This document shows, piece after piece, positions 45,979 through 58,156 of a stretch of DNA of 64,000 bases (positions are counted from its first letter, which is position 1; each line of letters starts with the position of its first letter). The stretch is from the NCBI GenBank assembly GCA_904063045.1, contig CAJFCJ010000005.1:2536165-2600164 (forward strand). Direction: 5' to 3'. The stretch is from Dimorphilus gyrociliatus (Eukaryota > Animalia > Annelida). The position numbers and the translations under genes are program-made. The notes under the pieces are model-generated. The model saw nothing but the letters and a program-made list of their open reading frames with translations, did not search any database and was not told where the DNA came from.

Positions 45979-46684
45979 TAAACACCTCTTTTTAATTAAT
46001 TTAATAGCGTTTTTAGTCGTAAACTAGTTCATTTAGAATTTTTTTGGTAATTGTAGACCCATATTCAATTCTCTTTTCATTTCGTTATTGATCTTATTTC
46101 CAATAGCGGTATGGAAAGTTAAGGTTATTAGTTCAGTGTTACAATCGATTATTTAGAGAAAATCTCGTAGTCATAAAATAACTATGAAACACTTTATTAA
46201 AAGCCACTCTATAAATCTCTATTTATATTGAGAAAAGATATCGTAACCCTTTAATAAAAGAAGAAAAGATAATTCCGAAAGTACTCGATAGATGTCGTTA
46301 CAAACAAACCTATATGGTCAAATTAAAAAAAACATACTATTATACAGTATGCATCGTTGACTAATTATTTCAATAATTCTCCATATTATGATATGAAATT
46401 AGTAGAAAACCTTAAAAATGTTGAATTGCTTCTTTGATCGAAAGCGAAACTAGAACTATTACGCAATCGACATTTTTCAAAATAAATCCTATTGAATTAT
46501 TAATAATATTTGCCTCTAAGTTAATTATTTACATTGAAAAAAATGCATGAAATATATAGATATTAAAGAATATTTTCATCCATTTTTTTCCCATACATCC
46601 TCATTACTCAAGAACATCCGGGACTCGAGTTCACTTGGTTGGTTGATAGTTTCTTTCTTTTTTGTCTATTAACTAAGACAGAAA

Positions 46685-48250
46685 ATGATGGCTTCGAAAA
46701 AATTCTTTATTGATGAAGAAGAACTTTGTTGCGCAATTTGTTTGGATTTATGGATAGAGAAGGACAATAGGGTATTACCTTGTCAGCATACTTTTTGTTT
46801 AGAATGCTTAGAGAATATCTCTAACAATTCTATTATAAAATGCCCTACTTGTACGAAATCTTTCATCTCTCCGATTGGCGGTGCAGTAAATCTTCCAAAA
46901 AATCCTTTGAAGCACGCTCTACAGAAAGATGTAAATAAGGAGAAACTTTGTACCAAGCACGAAAAAACAGCTATTACGCCCATATTCGTTTGTTCAACGT
47001 GTAGGGAAGAGAACATTTGCGAAGATTGCTTTCAGCTTGATCATAGTCCGTCTAAATGCAAATTAATATCGTTAAATCATTTAGAACAGAATAATACTAT
47101 ATTTAGAAACGAATGTCAGAATATCCTGGATGAACAGATGACTAAGGAGGAAGAGAATAAGATGAGATTACACAACTATGTCATTGAGTTGAAAAACGAA
47201 TGTTTAGCAAAAATTGATAAAGTTGTCAATAAGTTAGAGGATGAAATTATCAGATTCTACGAATATAAAATGGCGTCTTTAATGAGGATATCAGAAAAGT
47301 TGAATGATAAATTTGTTGATGAATCAAAAATCAAGGAAGATATTAAAGAATTATCGTATTTAAAGTTAATAGAAGATAATTCACCTATAATATCTATTGA
47401 TTGCCGATTAATTAGGAGTAATTCAAAGAAAGATATTACAAAAATACATAAGGTTAATACTTTTGAAATATTAATGGAAAAGTTCTTTTTAACCGATGAA
47501 GGACTTTACGAATTGTTAGCGGAAGTCTATCTGAAAGATGAAAATCAACTTTCTATGATCTACTTTCGCGAGCGAAATGACAGCGAACCTAAAGTGTTCT
47601 TTCTGGATAAATTAATAATGAAGTTCGTTGTGACTGATAGAAATATATACGCTTTATCAGCCATCGATGGTTCTTTATTAAAATGTTCTAAAGCTGATCA
47701 TCATCAACTGGAGTTTGATACTCTATTCGATTCCGAAGCTAAAATGAAGGTTATCGACGAAAAAACCTTTTCGTATTTTGATAAAACTTCAACTAAACTC
47801 TTTGCAACTGAAGATAAAGATAACCACGAATACGTTCTCACTTACGAAACATTCGATATAAACGTAATTTTCTTCTTTGAAGATAATTCTCTTAAATGGA
47901 CAAAAAAGATATTTAATCATGTAGAAAATTTTTGCCTTATGGGTAATGGTTCAATAGTAACATCATTTGGAAATCAATTAACCATTCTTGATAAGAATAG
48001 CGGAAAAGATTTACATATCTTAAAGTTAAATAACTTTGCTATATCCACAATCTGCTACTTGAAAACAGGTAATCTCATTATTCAAACGGATGAACTATCG
48101 GAATTGAAACTTTTCACCAACGATTTAAAATTTCGTCAAAATCTTCATCTTCATAGCGAACGAAAGTGTAAAGGAGTTACTAAATCCGGTTTACTCTGTC
48201 TAAATTCCAGTGTATATAAAAACGTTATTCACCTATACAAATTAATTTAG
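46685..48250 (+). CDS. TRIM-like RBCC + propeller
   Basis: RING CAICLDLW..VLPCQHTFCLECL..CPTC..PIGGAVNLPKN; B-box CTKH..CSTC..ICEDCFQLDHSPSKC. Confidence 0.92.
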   Translation: MMASKKFFIDEEELCCAICLDLWIEKDNRVLPCQHTFCLECLENISNNSIIKCPTCTKSFISPIGGAVNLPKNPLKHALQKDVNKEKLCTKHEKTAITPIFVCSTCREENICEDCFQLDHSPSKCKLISLNHLEQNNTIFRNECQNILDEQMTKEEENKMRLHNYVIELKNECLAKIDKVVNKLEDEIIRFYEYKMASLMRISEKLNDKFVDESKIKEDIKELSYLKLIEDNSPIISIDCRLIRSNSKKDITKIHKVNTFEILMEKFFLTDEGLYELLAEVYLKDENQLSMIYFRERNDSEPKVFFLDKLIMKFVVTDRNIYALSAIDGSLLKCSKADHHQLEFDTLFDSEAKMKVIDEKTFSYFDKTSTKLFATEDKDNHEYVLTYETFDINVIFFFEDNSLKWTKKIFNHVENFCLMGNGSIVTSFGNQLTILDKNSGKDLHILKLNNFAISTICYLKTGNLIIQTDELSELKLFTNDLKFRQNLHLHSERKCKGVTKSGLLCLNSSVYKNVIHLYKLI

Positions 48251-48373
48251 AAATTTAGATTTTAATGACTAAAATGAAAGAAACAATTTGATTAAGATTA
48301 TTCATTACTTTGTTTGAAAAAGTGACTTTTTATTGTATTTTTTTTTTTATATACATCTATAATGCGTGAGAAA

Positions 48374-49924
48374 TCATTCAGTATTTGGTTTATAGGTCAC
48401 TTCGATTAATGCTAGACTATCTTCGTTGTATAAAGACATACCAAATTTACCAGTTCTAGTTAATCCAACGATACTGTACTTACAATCGATTTCAATCTCT
48501 TTCTTAAAATTTAGATTAAAATCATAAATATAATTGAATTTCTTATTATTTTCTCTATCGAACCATACAAGTAAAAATCCATTTTTCGGGAATGTAAGTA
48601 ATTGTTCTACATCGTTGCAGTTCATTCGTCTAATGCCTATTCCAGATAATTTATCAAGTAAAACTAATTGGTCTTCATGTTTAATAAGGCAATTTCCATT
48701 TTCAAGAATACAAGCCTTTGAACAATAATATTCGTCATTTTGCCAAACGCATTCATCGTTTGAGAAAAAATACAGGATATCATTTTCATCTTTAGTTAGA
48801 ATGTATCTATTAAATTTGCCGTCTTCAATTGCATTTAGTTGGAAATATTCATTATTAGAAAGGACTTTTAATGATATTCTCTTTTTAAATGGTTTCTCAG
48901 CCATAAGTAAATGTCCAGTTTCGTAATCGATACAATAAAGATAATTATCTGTAACAACCAAAGCAGAAACCTCTTTCTCCAAATAAAATTTTACAGTATC
49001 TTTCCGAGAGGAGAAAGGTAAAAATACCAAACAAGACATTTCAAGTCCTGGTTTGCTTTCAAAGCTTCTATCAATATAATAAAATCCTTCGTCAGTTAAG
49101 CACAATGAATATTTCGGTAATTTGTCAAACTTTTTCAGCAATAAGCATTTATCAATCTCATTGTTCGGAAATGATTGATATTCTATCCCAAAATCATAGT
49201 TTATATCTAAGACTCTACTACCTATTTCAACATATTTTTCTTCAGAAATAGCTTTTAAAAGATCATTTGCTTCAGTTTCTTTCAGAAATATATTTTGAAT
49301 ATCAATATCTGAGAATCTTAATACGTCCTCCCTTTTGTCAAATAGCTTATGAACCTTATGTCTTAGGGAATCCATTTTTGAAGACAAAATTTGTAACCAA
49401 TTCATTTCAATTTCTTCCAAAGTTTCCAAAATTTTAGTCTTCTCTTTTTCATTTTTTTCTCTTAAGATTTTAATTTGCGGCAACAATCTTTCTTTCATTC
49501 CCTCTAATTTCTTTTTAAGACATTTGACTAAGGCAATATTACACGTTTCTTTGCTGTGATTTTTCTCAAAACAAATTGGACATAAGTTCATCTTTTTACA
49601 GCTGGTACATGCCAATTCTGGCTGATAGATATCTTCTTGGTGTTCCTCGCAGAGTGTTTTATCTTCTTTCTCAATTATACAACTCAATTCGGTGGTGTGA
49701 AGAAATTCATTAACTGTTGAAGGTATCATGGTAATTTTGCGACAAAATGGACAAACAATAGTTCCATCCTTCATCCAATCTTCCAAACATTTACAGCAAA
49801 AAATGTGGTGACAATTGAGAGCCTTAGGGTTAGATTCAAGCCAAACATCCAAACAAATTGCACACTCAATTTTATCTTTTTTAACGTAATACTTAGAAGA
49901 CGTTGTTTTATCGCTCATTTTCAT
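48374..49924 (-). CDS. TRIM-like RBCC + propeller
   Basis: RING CAICLDVW..PKALNCHHIFCCKCL..CPFCR; B-box CEEH..CTSC..LCPICFEKNHSKETC. Start at MKMSDK (49924) or MSDK (49918). Confidence 0.9.
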   Translation of the reverse strand: MKMSDKTTSSKYYVKKDKIECAICLDVWLESNPKALNCHHIFCCKCLEDWMKDGTIVCPFCRKITMIPSTVNEFLHTTELSCIIEKEDKTLCEEHQEDIYQPELACTSCKKMNLCPICFEKNHSKETCNIALVKCLKKKLEGMKERLLPQIKILREKNEKEKTKILETLEEIEMNWLQILSSKMDSLRHKVHKLFDKREDVLRFSDIDIQNIFLKETEANDLLKAISEEKYVEIGSRVLDINYDFGIEYQSFPNNEIDKCLLLKKFDKLPKYSLCLTDEGFYYIDRSFESKPGLEMSCLVFLPFSSRKDTVKFYLEKEVSALVVTDNYLYCIDYETGHLLMAEKPFKKRISLKVLSNNEYFQLNAIEDGKFNRYILTKDENDILYFFSNDECVWQNDEYYCSKACILENGNCLIKHEDQLVLLDKLSGIGIRRMNCNDVEQLLTFPKNGFLLVWFDRENNKKFNYIYDFNLNFKKEIEIDCKYSIVGLTRTGKFGMSLYNEDSLALIEVTYKPNTE

Positions 49925-50632
49925 GAAATAACTCGGAAAACAAAAATCTACTAAATGGGTATTGAATAACCACAATGGTTATAATAGATATGTCATATGT
50001 TTAAACGCTTAAATTTATTTATAGCATGTAATTCTTACCGTCCTCTGATAGATAGTAGCTTTCCAAGTAGAATTTTTCTATTTTCGGTATGCAGACGGCA
50101 TTCCTTGATAAGCCATGTTATCATTCAATTATTAGTAGTAAACCGTTCAAGTAGTGTTCACTGAGAATTCTTCAGTGTGACTATTATTATTTCTAAATAA
50201 TTGTATCATAGAATATGCTTGGGCTAATGGATCAAAAGAAAATCAAGGGTTCTTTTCTATTGATGTTCAATTCATAAAAATGTAGATAATTAGGAGGAAT
50301 TTTATAAATGTTTGATACAAAATTTTTCGGACAATCGAAAATAAAAACTGGTAAATTGTCGGAAACGCCTCTAAGTAGGTAACTAAAAAAAAAGTTGATA
50401 AGACTCATCTAATTGGAACAGTTTAGTTAGATAAATAATTTGAAATAGTTCTCAGCCTAAAAAACATTCAATGTGTTACTTTGATGTCTACTGATTTTCT
50501 CTTGTCCATTTGTTGGCCAACTGTCCGATTAGTTTGTTCAAGTTTTCATATTTAAAGGGGAAAATTTTCTCTACCAGTTTTTTTATATAAGGTTTGAATT
50601 GTATCATTAAAATTATTTGAGAAAAGATTACA

Positions 50633-52153
50633 ATGGCTAATAGTAGATATTACATCGATGAGAAAGATTTACAATGTGGTATATGTTTAGAGGCGTGGCT
50701 TGATAAGGATCCCAGGGTTCTTCCTTGTCAGCATACGTTCTGTTTTGGATGTTTAAACGGAACTAGTCGGTTTAATTTTATAAATTGTCCAATGTGTCGT
50801 TTAAGAGTTCAAATTCCTAGTGGAGACGTTAATAATTTTCCAAAGAATCTATTTAAGAATGCTATTCAAACGCATATTATTGAGAAATGCTTAAAACACG
50901 ACAAACAAGTAATAAAACCGAAGATTGTTTGTCTAACTTGTAGAAGTGAAAATCTATGTGGATTGTGTCTAGATGACGATCATTCGGATTATTGTAGTAT
51001 AAAATCGTTTTTAAATGTTCAAGAAGCCGTTAAAGACTTTAAAGACGCTTGTCTTGAATTAGTTAACCAACATAATTCAGAAATTGATGATGAAGTAAAA
51101 AAATTAATGGATAAAATAAGTGAAAAAAAGAAATTATGGCAATCTTTAATTGATAAGAATGAAAGAGATCTAAAGACTAAAGTATTGAAATCTAAACAGA
51201 AAAAACAGGAAGTATCGTCAAGAATTTTGAAGAAATTAGAAAATATATTCATTGATCAAAATGATATAAAAGAAGATATAGCAAATTTCTTATCAACTAA
51301 ATTAACGGATAAAAATTCATTAAAGTTTGTTATTTATCCGGAGATTAATGATATTAATACAAGAAATTATAAAATCATTTCAAAGTGTATCTATACAACA
51401 GACTTTAATTTTGTCTTTGGTTATTTTTGCTATACAGACGAAGGGCTTTATGAATTATCTCACGATTCAACTGATAATGATTACGAAAAGAATGATGAAC
51501 TACCTGTTCTTTGTCTTCGAGAGAAGAACGATTCAAATCCTATAAAGTATACACTAAGCCATAGAATATCTAATTTTGTTGTTATTGATAGTTGTATATA
51601 TGGAATACAAACTAATGTAGGATCTTTATTAATCTGTAAAAAACCTTTCAAAAAGCATATTGAATTTTCAACCGTTTACCAAGAGAAGCAAGTATGGTTT
51701 ATCAACGCCTACGAAGATAACGAAGGCAATCGTTACGTTCTTACTTATGGTAATTCTTACAAAACTCATCTATGCTACTTTATTAATGACGAAATAAAGT
51801 GGGAAAAGAATTTAGTGGATTTTCCAATGGACGCCTGTATACTTTCCAACGGATATGTTGTTATAGGAACAAATTCTCAATTTCTCGTGTTCAATAAAGA
51901 CGACGGAAGGGTTAAAGCTGTAGAAATAAGGGGAAAAATAGCAAAAGTTTCTCTTTGTCCCCTGCATACTGGTGGATTTTTAATGACAGATGACAATTTA
52001 CCAAAACTTAAACAATATGATAATTTAATTAACTATGTTAAAGATATTTACATTGACGTTCATCCAGACATTTGTAGAACTACAAAATCTGGTATGCTCT
52101 TTTTGAGACCATCAACCGAAGTTATAAATGCAAGATTGTATAAGCTAAAATAA
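50633..52153 (+). CDS. TRIM-like RBCC + propeller
   Basis: RING CGICLEAW..PRVLPCQHTFCFGCL..CPMCR; B-box CLKH..CLTC..LCGLCLDDDHSDYC. Confidence 0.92.
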   Translation: MANSRYYIDEKDLQCGICLEAWLDKDPRVLPCQHTFCFGCLNGTSRFNFINCPMCRLRVQIPSGDVNNFPKNLFKNAIQTHIIEKCLKHDKQVIKPKIVCLTCRSENLCGLCLDDDHSDYCSIKSFLNVQEAVKDFKDACLELVNQHNSEIDDEVKKLMDKISEKKKLWQSLIDKNERDLKTKVLKSKQKKQEVSSRILKKLENIFIDQNDIKEDIANFLSTKLTDKNSLKFVIYPEINDINTRNYKIISKCIYTTDFNFVFGYFCYTDEGLYELSHDSTDNDYEKNDELPVLCLREKNDSNPIKYTLSHRISNFVVIDSCIYGIQTNVGSLLICKKPFKKHIEFSTVYQEKQVWFINAYEDNEGNRYVLTYGNSYKTHLCYFINDEIKWEKNLVDFPMDACILSNGYVVIGTNSQFLVFNKDDGRVKAVEIRGKIAKVSLCPLHTGGFLMTDDNLPKLKQYDNLINYVKDIYIDVHPDICRTTKSGMLFLRPSTEVINARLYKLK

Positions 52154-52973
52154 TAAGATGTTATATATGTTTCGTTAAATAAAATAGTAATATATATTAA
52201 CTAAATTCAGAGTTAAATCATTCAGATCTCTTACAATAACACTGTCTGCTTACAAATATTAAAAGTAGCTTCTATCTTTATACATTGGAATAATTTAAAA
52301 TGGTGATAATACAATGACTTTTTCTAATCCTTAATGACGTCAGAAAGAAAACTTTTACATTATATATTTTCAAAAAAAGTTAAATAAACAAATAAATTAT
52401 TAATAATTATATTGTTTATTCACAAGATAAATTAATAAATTAAGTAATTTATTAAAAGAAAGTTTATTCCTGTAAGTATCTTATTACTTTTGTTCTTTGT
52501 AATTCAAGTTTCGAGTGTAAGATAATCGATTGTAACAAATTAATTATAAATTAATAATACTTTACCAGTTAATTTTTAATTAAATTTACTGCGAACCTTA
52601 TTTCGCTCTTATTTTTTAAATTAGGTAAACTAAACTGTTATTAATAATAAATAAATCTAATAATTAAAGTCAGAAATTAAAGTTTAATAAAAGTCTAATG
52701 TTTTTTAATTAATACTATTCGAGAAATAATATTGATAAGGATGAGTAACTGATTAACTCTATTGATTTATCAGTTATTTTAAAGCGTAACAACAGCTGTA
52801 AAACTTTACTATTATTAGTTGTGTAAAACCACATGTAGTATAGTATTTGAGTTTAATTAAATAGCTAAAATCTGTACAAGTATAACTGATAACGTGACCT
52901 TTACCTGCTAAAAAGATTGAAGTTTTTTTTACTCTTTTTGTTTTAAATGCTCTTTGTAAAATAACCTCTAAGG

Positions 52974-52996
52974 ATATATATATATATATATATATA
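52974..52996. repeat. (TA)n microsatellite
   Basis: Read directly from the sequence. Confidence 0.85.
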
Positions 52997-53105
52997 AAAT
53001 CATCGTATCGATTACTAATAAATGAAAATAAACATTTTCAGTGAGAAACAAAATAAAGTTATCTTTTGGTCAATATATTTCGCAATATTTTGAATATATT
53101 ACAAA

Positions 53106-54611
53106 ATGGCGACTGACAGCCTTCAATTTGAAGAAAGTGCTCTCGTTTGTAGTCTGTGTTTGGATTTTTGGGTTGAAAATGATCCGAGGGTTTTACCATG
53201 TCAACATACGTTTTGTTTTCAATGTTTAAAAATGTCTCCAAGCAATATTTTAACCACTTGTCCAGTTTGCCGTACGAAAGTAAACATTAGGAAGGAAAAT
53301 ATTAGTAATCTACCTAAAAATATATTAGCCAATTCGCTAAAAGAATCATCAAGGATGAGATTAAAGAATACAACAGTTTGTAAAGAGCACAATCAAGTCT
53401 TATGCAAACCGAAGCTTGTTTGTAAAACTTGTAAGGAATATAATATTTGCGAAGAATGTCTCAATGATTCTCATAAAAATTGTCAAATTCGCCTATTCGA
53501 ACATTTAAATAGAGAGACGAGACTATTAAAGAAAAGATGGGAGCCTGTATTAAATAGAATAGAATGTAATTTAAGAAAAAATGCAAAGAATTTCAAAATG
53601 GAATTGAATGAAATTGAAATGAAATTTCGAAAAAATTTCATAAAAATCAGAAATGAATTAGAACGAAAAGAAGAAACAGAATTAAATAAAATAAAATTAA
53701 TGAGAAATAGGCTTAAAGGTGAATTTTATAGAATGAAAGATTTAGAGAGAGAGATAGAGAATTTTAAAAATGACTCTAAATTTTCATATACAATTCCAAA
53801 TGTTGAAATTGAATTAAATCTATCAGAAAATTGCGCTAATACTAGACAAAATAAAGTATTAGTCAAGATCCAAGAATTCCATAATTTGGATTGCGATATA
53901 TCTTTTACAGATATTGGTATTATTAAATTATATTCAAATCAAAACAATCAACAATACTTTCGTATTGAATTTGAAAATTCTGAAGTAAAGGAAATACCTG
54001 TTAATCATACTATCAACACGTTTGCAGCTAATAAAAATTTTATCTATACTTCTAGAGTTCATCCTTATATAAGTTTGACAAAATGTTCTATAAATTCAAT
54101 GGCAGATGGATATCATTTTGAAATTATTGATAATTTCTACGAATTGGTTGGTAGGAACATCGGATTTATTGCGTCAGATAACGATTACGATTCATTTTTA
54201 TATATCTTTGCAAAATTTGGAGATCTTTACTTTAAACTTTATAAAAATGGTGAAAAGATTTGGTATCAAAGGTTTAAAATGAATCTTGTTGATTGTTGTT
54301 TCCTTAATAATGGTAATATACTATTGGCCGGCGAAGATTATTTACAAGTATTACATAAAGACAATGGTGAAAAGATCTTTGAAAAGAATACGCAACCAAA
54401 AATTCAATCTATAACATCAGTGCCAAACAACGGATTCATGTTAACAAGATACCAAGAACAACTTATCTATATCTATAATGATTGTTTTCATTTAAGTAAG
54501 ACAATTGAAATTGATTTTTTCCCATCCAAAATTCAAATGACAAACTCATTCAAACTTTTAATTCAAAATTTAGATTGTCCATTAACAGCTGTATTATACA
54601 AATATATATAG
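53106..54611 (+). CDS. TRIM-like RBCC + propeller
   Basis: RING CSLCLDFW..PRVLPCQHTFCFQCL..CPVCR; B-box CKEH..CKTC..ICEECLNDSHKNC. Confidence 0.92.
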   Translation: MATDSLQFEESALVCSLCLDFWVENDPRVLPCQHTFCFQCLKMSPSNILTTCPVCRTKVNIRKENISNLPKNILANSLKESSRMRLKNTTVCKEHNQVLCKPKLVCKTCKEYNICEECLNDSHKNCQIRLFEHLNRETRLLKKRWEPVLNRIECNLRKNAKNFKMELNEIEMKFRKNFIKIRNELERKEETELNKIKLMRNRLKGEFYRMKDLEREIENFKNDSKFSYTIPNVEIELNLSENCANTRQNKVLVKIQEFHNLDCDISFTDIGIIKLYSNQNNQQYFRIEFENSEVKEIPVNHTINTFAANKNFIYTSRVHPYISLTKCSINSMADGYHFEIIDNFYELVGRNIGFIASDNDYDSFLYIFAKFGDLYFKLYKNGEKIWYQRFKMNLVDCCFLNNGNILLAGEDYLQVLHKDNGEKIFEKNTQPKIQSITSVPNNGFMLTRYQEQLIYIYNDCFHLSKTIEIDFFPSKIQMTNSFKLLIQNLDCPLTAVLYKYI

Positions 54612-54704
54612 TTATATTATCTTTATTTCTATTAGTTAACCATAATATATGTGTGTATTTCTTACTAATCAATCAAGGGAAAGCAATGCTACTACTCTTC
54701 ATCT

Positions 54705-54737
54705 CTTCTTCTTCTTCTTCTTCTTTGTCTTCTTCTT
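54705..54737. repeat. (CTT)n microsatellite
   Basis: Read directly from the sequence. Confidence 0.8.
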
Positions 54738-55087
54738 GAATGTAATTCGTTTATTAGATAGAAAAAAAAAACAGTTATTTCTATAAAAAGAATTAATTGA
54801 CCTAGAAATAAAATTTAAATTTAGAAACATAAAAATAGACAGAAAAAATCTATAAAACAAAAATATGTTGAAATTGGACTTATAGGCCTATAGTATTCAT
54901 AGCAAAACAAGCCTTGAACAGGCCTTTTATATTGAAATAAACACTAGTATATTACAAATATAAAGTTAACATTTCTGTGATTTTCGCTTTTATATATCAA
55001 GGCTATTTCGTTTTTAGAATTAAATACAAGTAAGAATAAATATCTTTATAATATTCTTTTCATAGATCTTCTTTTAGAAAATTTGAA

Positions 55088-56596
55088 ATGGAGATGAATG
55101 AATATTTAGTAAAGGAGGATCCTTTAATATGTACAATATGCTTAGATTTATGGATTGGAAAGAATCCTAGAGCTCTACCTTGTCAGCATACATTTTGCGA
55201 AGATTGTTTAAAAACAACTATCGCTAATAAATGTATAGTTTGTCCTCAGTGCCGTTTACGAACTCAACTACCAAATGGCAAGATATCTGATTTACCTAAG
55301 AGTGTTTTCGATAGTAACATAACGATAAATTCAGTTCAATTTTGCTCTAGACATTATCAAAAGCTTATAGAACCAAGATTTGTTTGTCAAAGTTGTCATA
55401 TGGAGAATTTATGCGAAGAATGCCTCAATAATTGCCATACTCAAAGTACTTGCGTCATAAAATCGCACGAATCTATAAAACAAGATTCAAAAGAATTTAA
55501 AGATAACTGCCAAAAGCATATAAACCAATGGACAATTTCAATTAAAAATGAAATTGATTACCTTCAAAAGAAACTATTTGAATTAGAGAAAACTTGGTAT
55601 AGTACAATTAGAGAGAAATTAATAAAATTAAGAAATAGGATAGAGAAATACGAAGAAGATAAATTTGGAATACTTAAGACAATATCCGAAAATATTGAAA
55701 ATACATTTTTCGACGAAGATCTATGGATAGAAAGTATTAAAACTATTACAAATACTGTATTAATTGATAATAATAAATTGGAAATTCAAATTGATTACGA
55801 TATAATGGAAAGTGAATTGAATGATTTAAAAATAATTAAAACTTCTAGCGAATTAACTACAAACTCTCCATTTCATACTTGCTTCTCATTTGGTACAGAT
55901 GGATACTACGGTCTCAATCCTATAATAGATGCAAAGAAACTTCTTTATATATCAGGTTTAAATGTAAATAATAACAAACAATTCCAATTAGATAAATCTA
56001 TATCCAATTTTGTTATTTCGGACAATTATATTTATGCGTTAGAAGAGGAAACTGGTAGATTATTAAGTGCTAAGAAACCTTTTGATCAAATGATTAATTT
56101 AAATATTATCAATGAAGATGAAAAATTTGATAGTCTAGTTATCACAGAAAATATAGATATTGATGAAAGATATGCTCTTCTAAATACAACTGATTCAACT
56201 TTAATATTTTTAAATAATGATAAATTTATTTGGAAAAATACGTCGTTATCTTCTGCTATAGCTGATTTTTGTATTCTAAACAATGGAACTTCAATTGTAG
56301 CTTCAAAAAATCTTTTATTCTTTTTTGATAAAGAGGATGGTAACATTTTACGTAAAATCAAAACGGAAATATCCATTCCTATATCAGTTTGTTCTCATCC
56401 TAAATCTGGATTTTTTCAAGTTAATCTTAATGAATCTATTATAAAATACTATGACGATAATGTAAACTTGAACAGAGTGTATTTTGTCGGCTATAGTCCA
56501 TGGTGTATAAGATTTTCAAATTGTGATCAATTCTACCTTATTAACGATATTGTTATGTCTAATCATATCTTTTTCAGATTTAAATTAACTATTTAA
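55088..56596 (+). CDS. TRIM-like RBCC + propeller
   Basis: RING CTICLDLW..PRALPCQHTFCEDCL..CPQCR; B-box CSRH..CQSC..LCEECLNNCHTQSTC. Confidence 0.92.
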   Translation: MEMNEYLVKEDPLICTICLDLWIGKNPRALPCQHTFCEDCLKTTIANKCIVCPQCRLRTQLPNGKISDLPKSVFDSNITINSVQFCSRHYQKLIEPRFVCQSCHMENLCEECLNNCHTQSTCVIKSHESIKQDSKEFKDNCQKHINQWTISIKNEIDYLQKKLFELEKTWYSTIREKLIKLRNRIEKYEEDKFGILKTISENIENTFFDEDLWIESIKTITNTVLIDNNKLEIQIDYDIMESELNDLKIIKTSSELTTNSPFHTCFSFGTDGYYGLNPIIDAKKLLYISGLNVNNNKQFQLDKSISNFVISDNYIYALEEETGRLLSAKKPFDQMINLNIINEDEKFDSLVITENIDIDERYALLNTTDSTLIFLNNDKFIWKNTSLSSAIADFCILNNGTSIVASKNLLFFFDKEDGNILRKIKTEISIPISVCSHPKSGFFQVNLNESIIKYYDDNVNLNRVYFVGYSPWCIRFSNCDQFYLINDIVMSNHIFFRFKLTI

Positions 56597-56998
56597 ATAA
56601 TTTATTCATATATTCATATAATTTAATTTTAATTTGTTCAAAACTATCCAATACTTGTTCACTTTTGTAATTGTTTTTTAATATCAAATTAAGTAGTTAT
56701 CATTGAAAAAAGTATCAAATAAAAATGTATTGTTAATGAGCTGTATTCAAATAAATGCGAAACAGGAAGTTAGTATTTTATTCTACTCACAACAGTTGAA
56801 CTGTAATCGTCGTCCGCATCGTCGTCATCACCGCCCCCGCCCCCTCTCCCATTTTCTCTCTTTCAAGTCGTAATTATTTGATAATATAGCTTTAAATGGT
56901 AATAATTCTTTATTTCTTTTGTTTCTTTATTAATAAAGAAAGTGATCAATTTAAATATTTTTGTTAATTATTAATGTTTTTTAAAGGAAAGGAAAGAT

Positions 56999-57736
56999 AT
57001 GTTCGCCAAAGTATCCAAAATTTCAGGTCATACGTGTTGTTCAATTTGTTCTCTTCCATGGATTACAAAGAATTCGAGAACTTTTTCGTCTTCTCATAAA
57101 ATTTGTAGTAATTGTTCGATAAAACCTGTAAAGGAGAAGTATTCAACTACATGTCAATATTGTCCTGAGGAGTGTAAGTTCATTATGAAAAATGACGATC
57201 GTTCTGAATTACGAAATAGAATCGGGCCTGAAAACGATATTATTAATTATATAAAATATGATAGCGATGATGATGATGATGATATAAATACCCAGGAAGT
57301 TATTTGTCAGTACTGCAAAGGTACTTATTCATGTCAATTATGCAATGTCAAGGATCATTGTGAAGAATCGGTAATAAATCAAAATGAACTAATCACCATT
57401 ACACAAGAGAAAATGACTGAGATGAAAGATCGAATAATTGAGAATCTTGATGATGTTAAAAATCAAGTACAAAGCATTTACTCAAAAGCTAGACGAGTAC
57501 TTCAGATGAAAGTTGATAATGAAAAGGAAAAATTGAATAGATTTAAGACGGATTATTTACAACAATACGATGATCTAAGAGATAAGATTGGAAATATTTT
57601 TATAGATGAAGAGCAAACTGCAAAAGATTTATTAAATCTTAAAAACGTAAAAGCAACTTTGGAAAGGGATGTAGATATTCAATTTAATGTAGATCTTAAG
57701 AAGAGAAACGGAGCAGATTTCGAAATAGAAAAATGA
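56999..57736 (+). CDS. Truncated TRIM-like protein: degenerate RING + partial B-box + coiled coil, no propeller
   Basis: RING CSICSLPW..SSSHKICSNC..CQYC (third Cys ligand replaced by Ser); poly-Asp tract; CQYC..CQLCNVKDHC; stop right after the linker. Confidence 0.65.
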   Translation: MFAKVSKISGHTCCSICSLPWITKNSRTFSSSHKICSNCSIKPVKEKYSTTCQYCPEECKFIMKNDDRSELRNRIGPENDIINYIKYDSDDDDDDINTQEVICQYCKGTYSCQLCNVKDHCEESVINQNELITITQEKMTEMKDRIIENLDDVKNQVQSIYSKARRVLQMKVDNEKEKLNRFKTDYLQQYDDLRDKIGNIFIDEEQTAKDLLNLKNVKATLERDVDIQFNVDLKKRNGADFEIEK

Positions 57737-58156
57737 TAACTTTATAGCTACTTATCTATTTGATTCAATAATCTGTAATCTTTAATTATTTATTATCATT
57801 CTTAATAAAACAGTAAATAATTTCTAATTGTTGTTATTATATAATATAATATCTAAATTCTTTCTGTCTAATAAGAGAATTTAGGTTAAAGTTATAACGA
57901 ACATCAGTATAACGGTTGAAAAGACTTTGCTAATTAACTTACTCATAAATTACTACTCGTAGGACGCTATGTCACTTTAAAAAAAGAACGAAAGTCTAAA
58001 AACATACAACTAAAAGAATACTCAAAAATTTCTTATTGTAATAACAAAACTACTCTAATTTAAAAGAACAACAATATAAGTTTAATGAAAATTGACTTTC
58101 GTTTCATTTTCGGTTTATATTTCAATCGAGAAGAAACTAAAAGGTATTGAAAGAAG

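Noticed and set aside
56815-56855. GC-rich patch with a CCCCGCCCC box upstream of the 56999 gene
   Set aside because: A single short motif; cannot distinguish a promoter element from a low-complexity tract.
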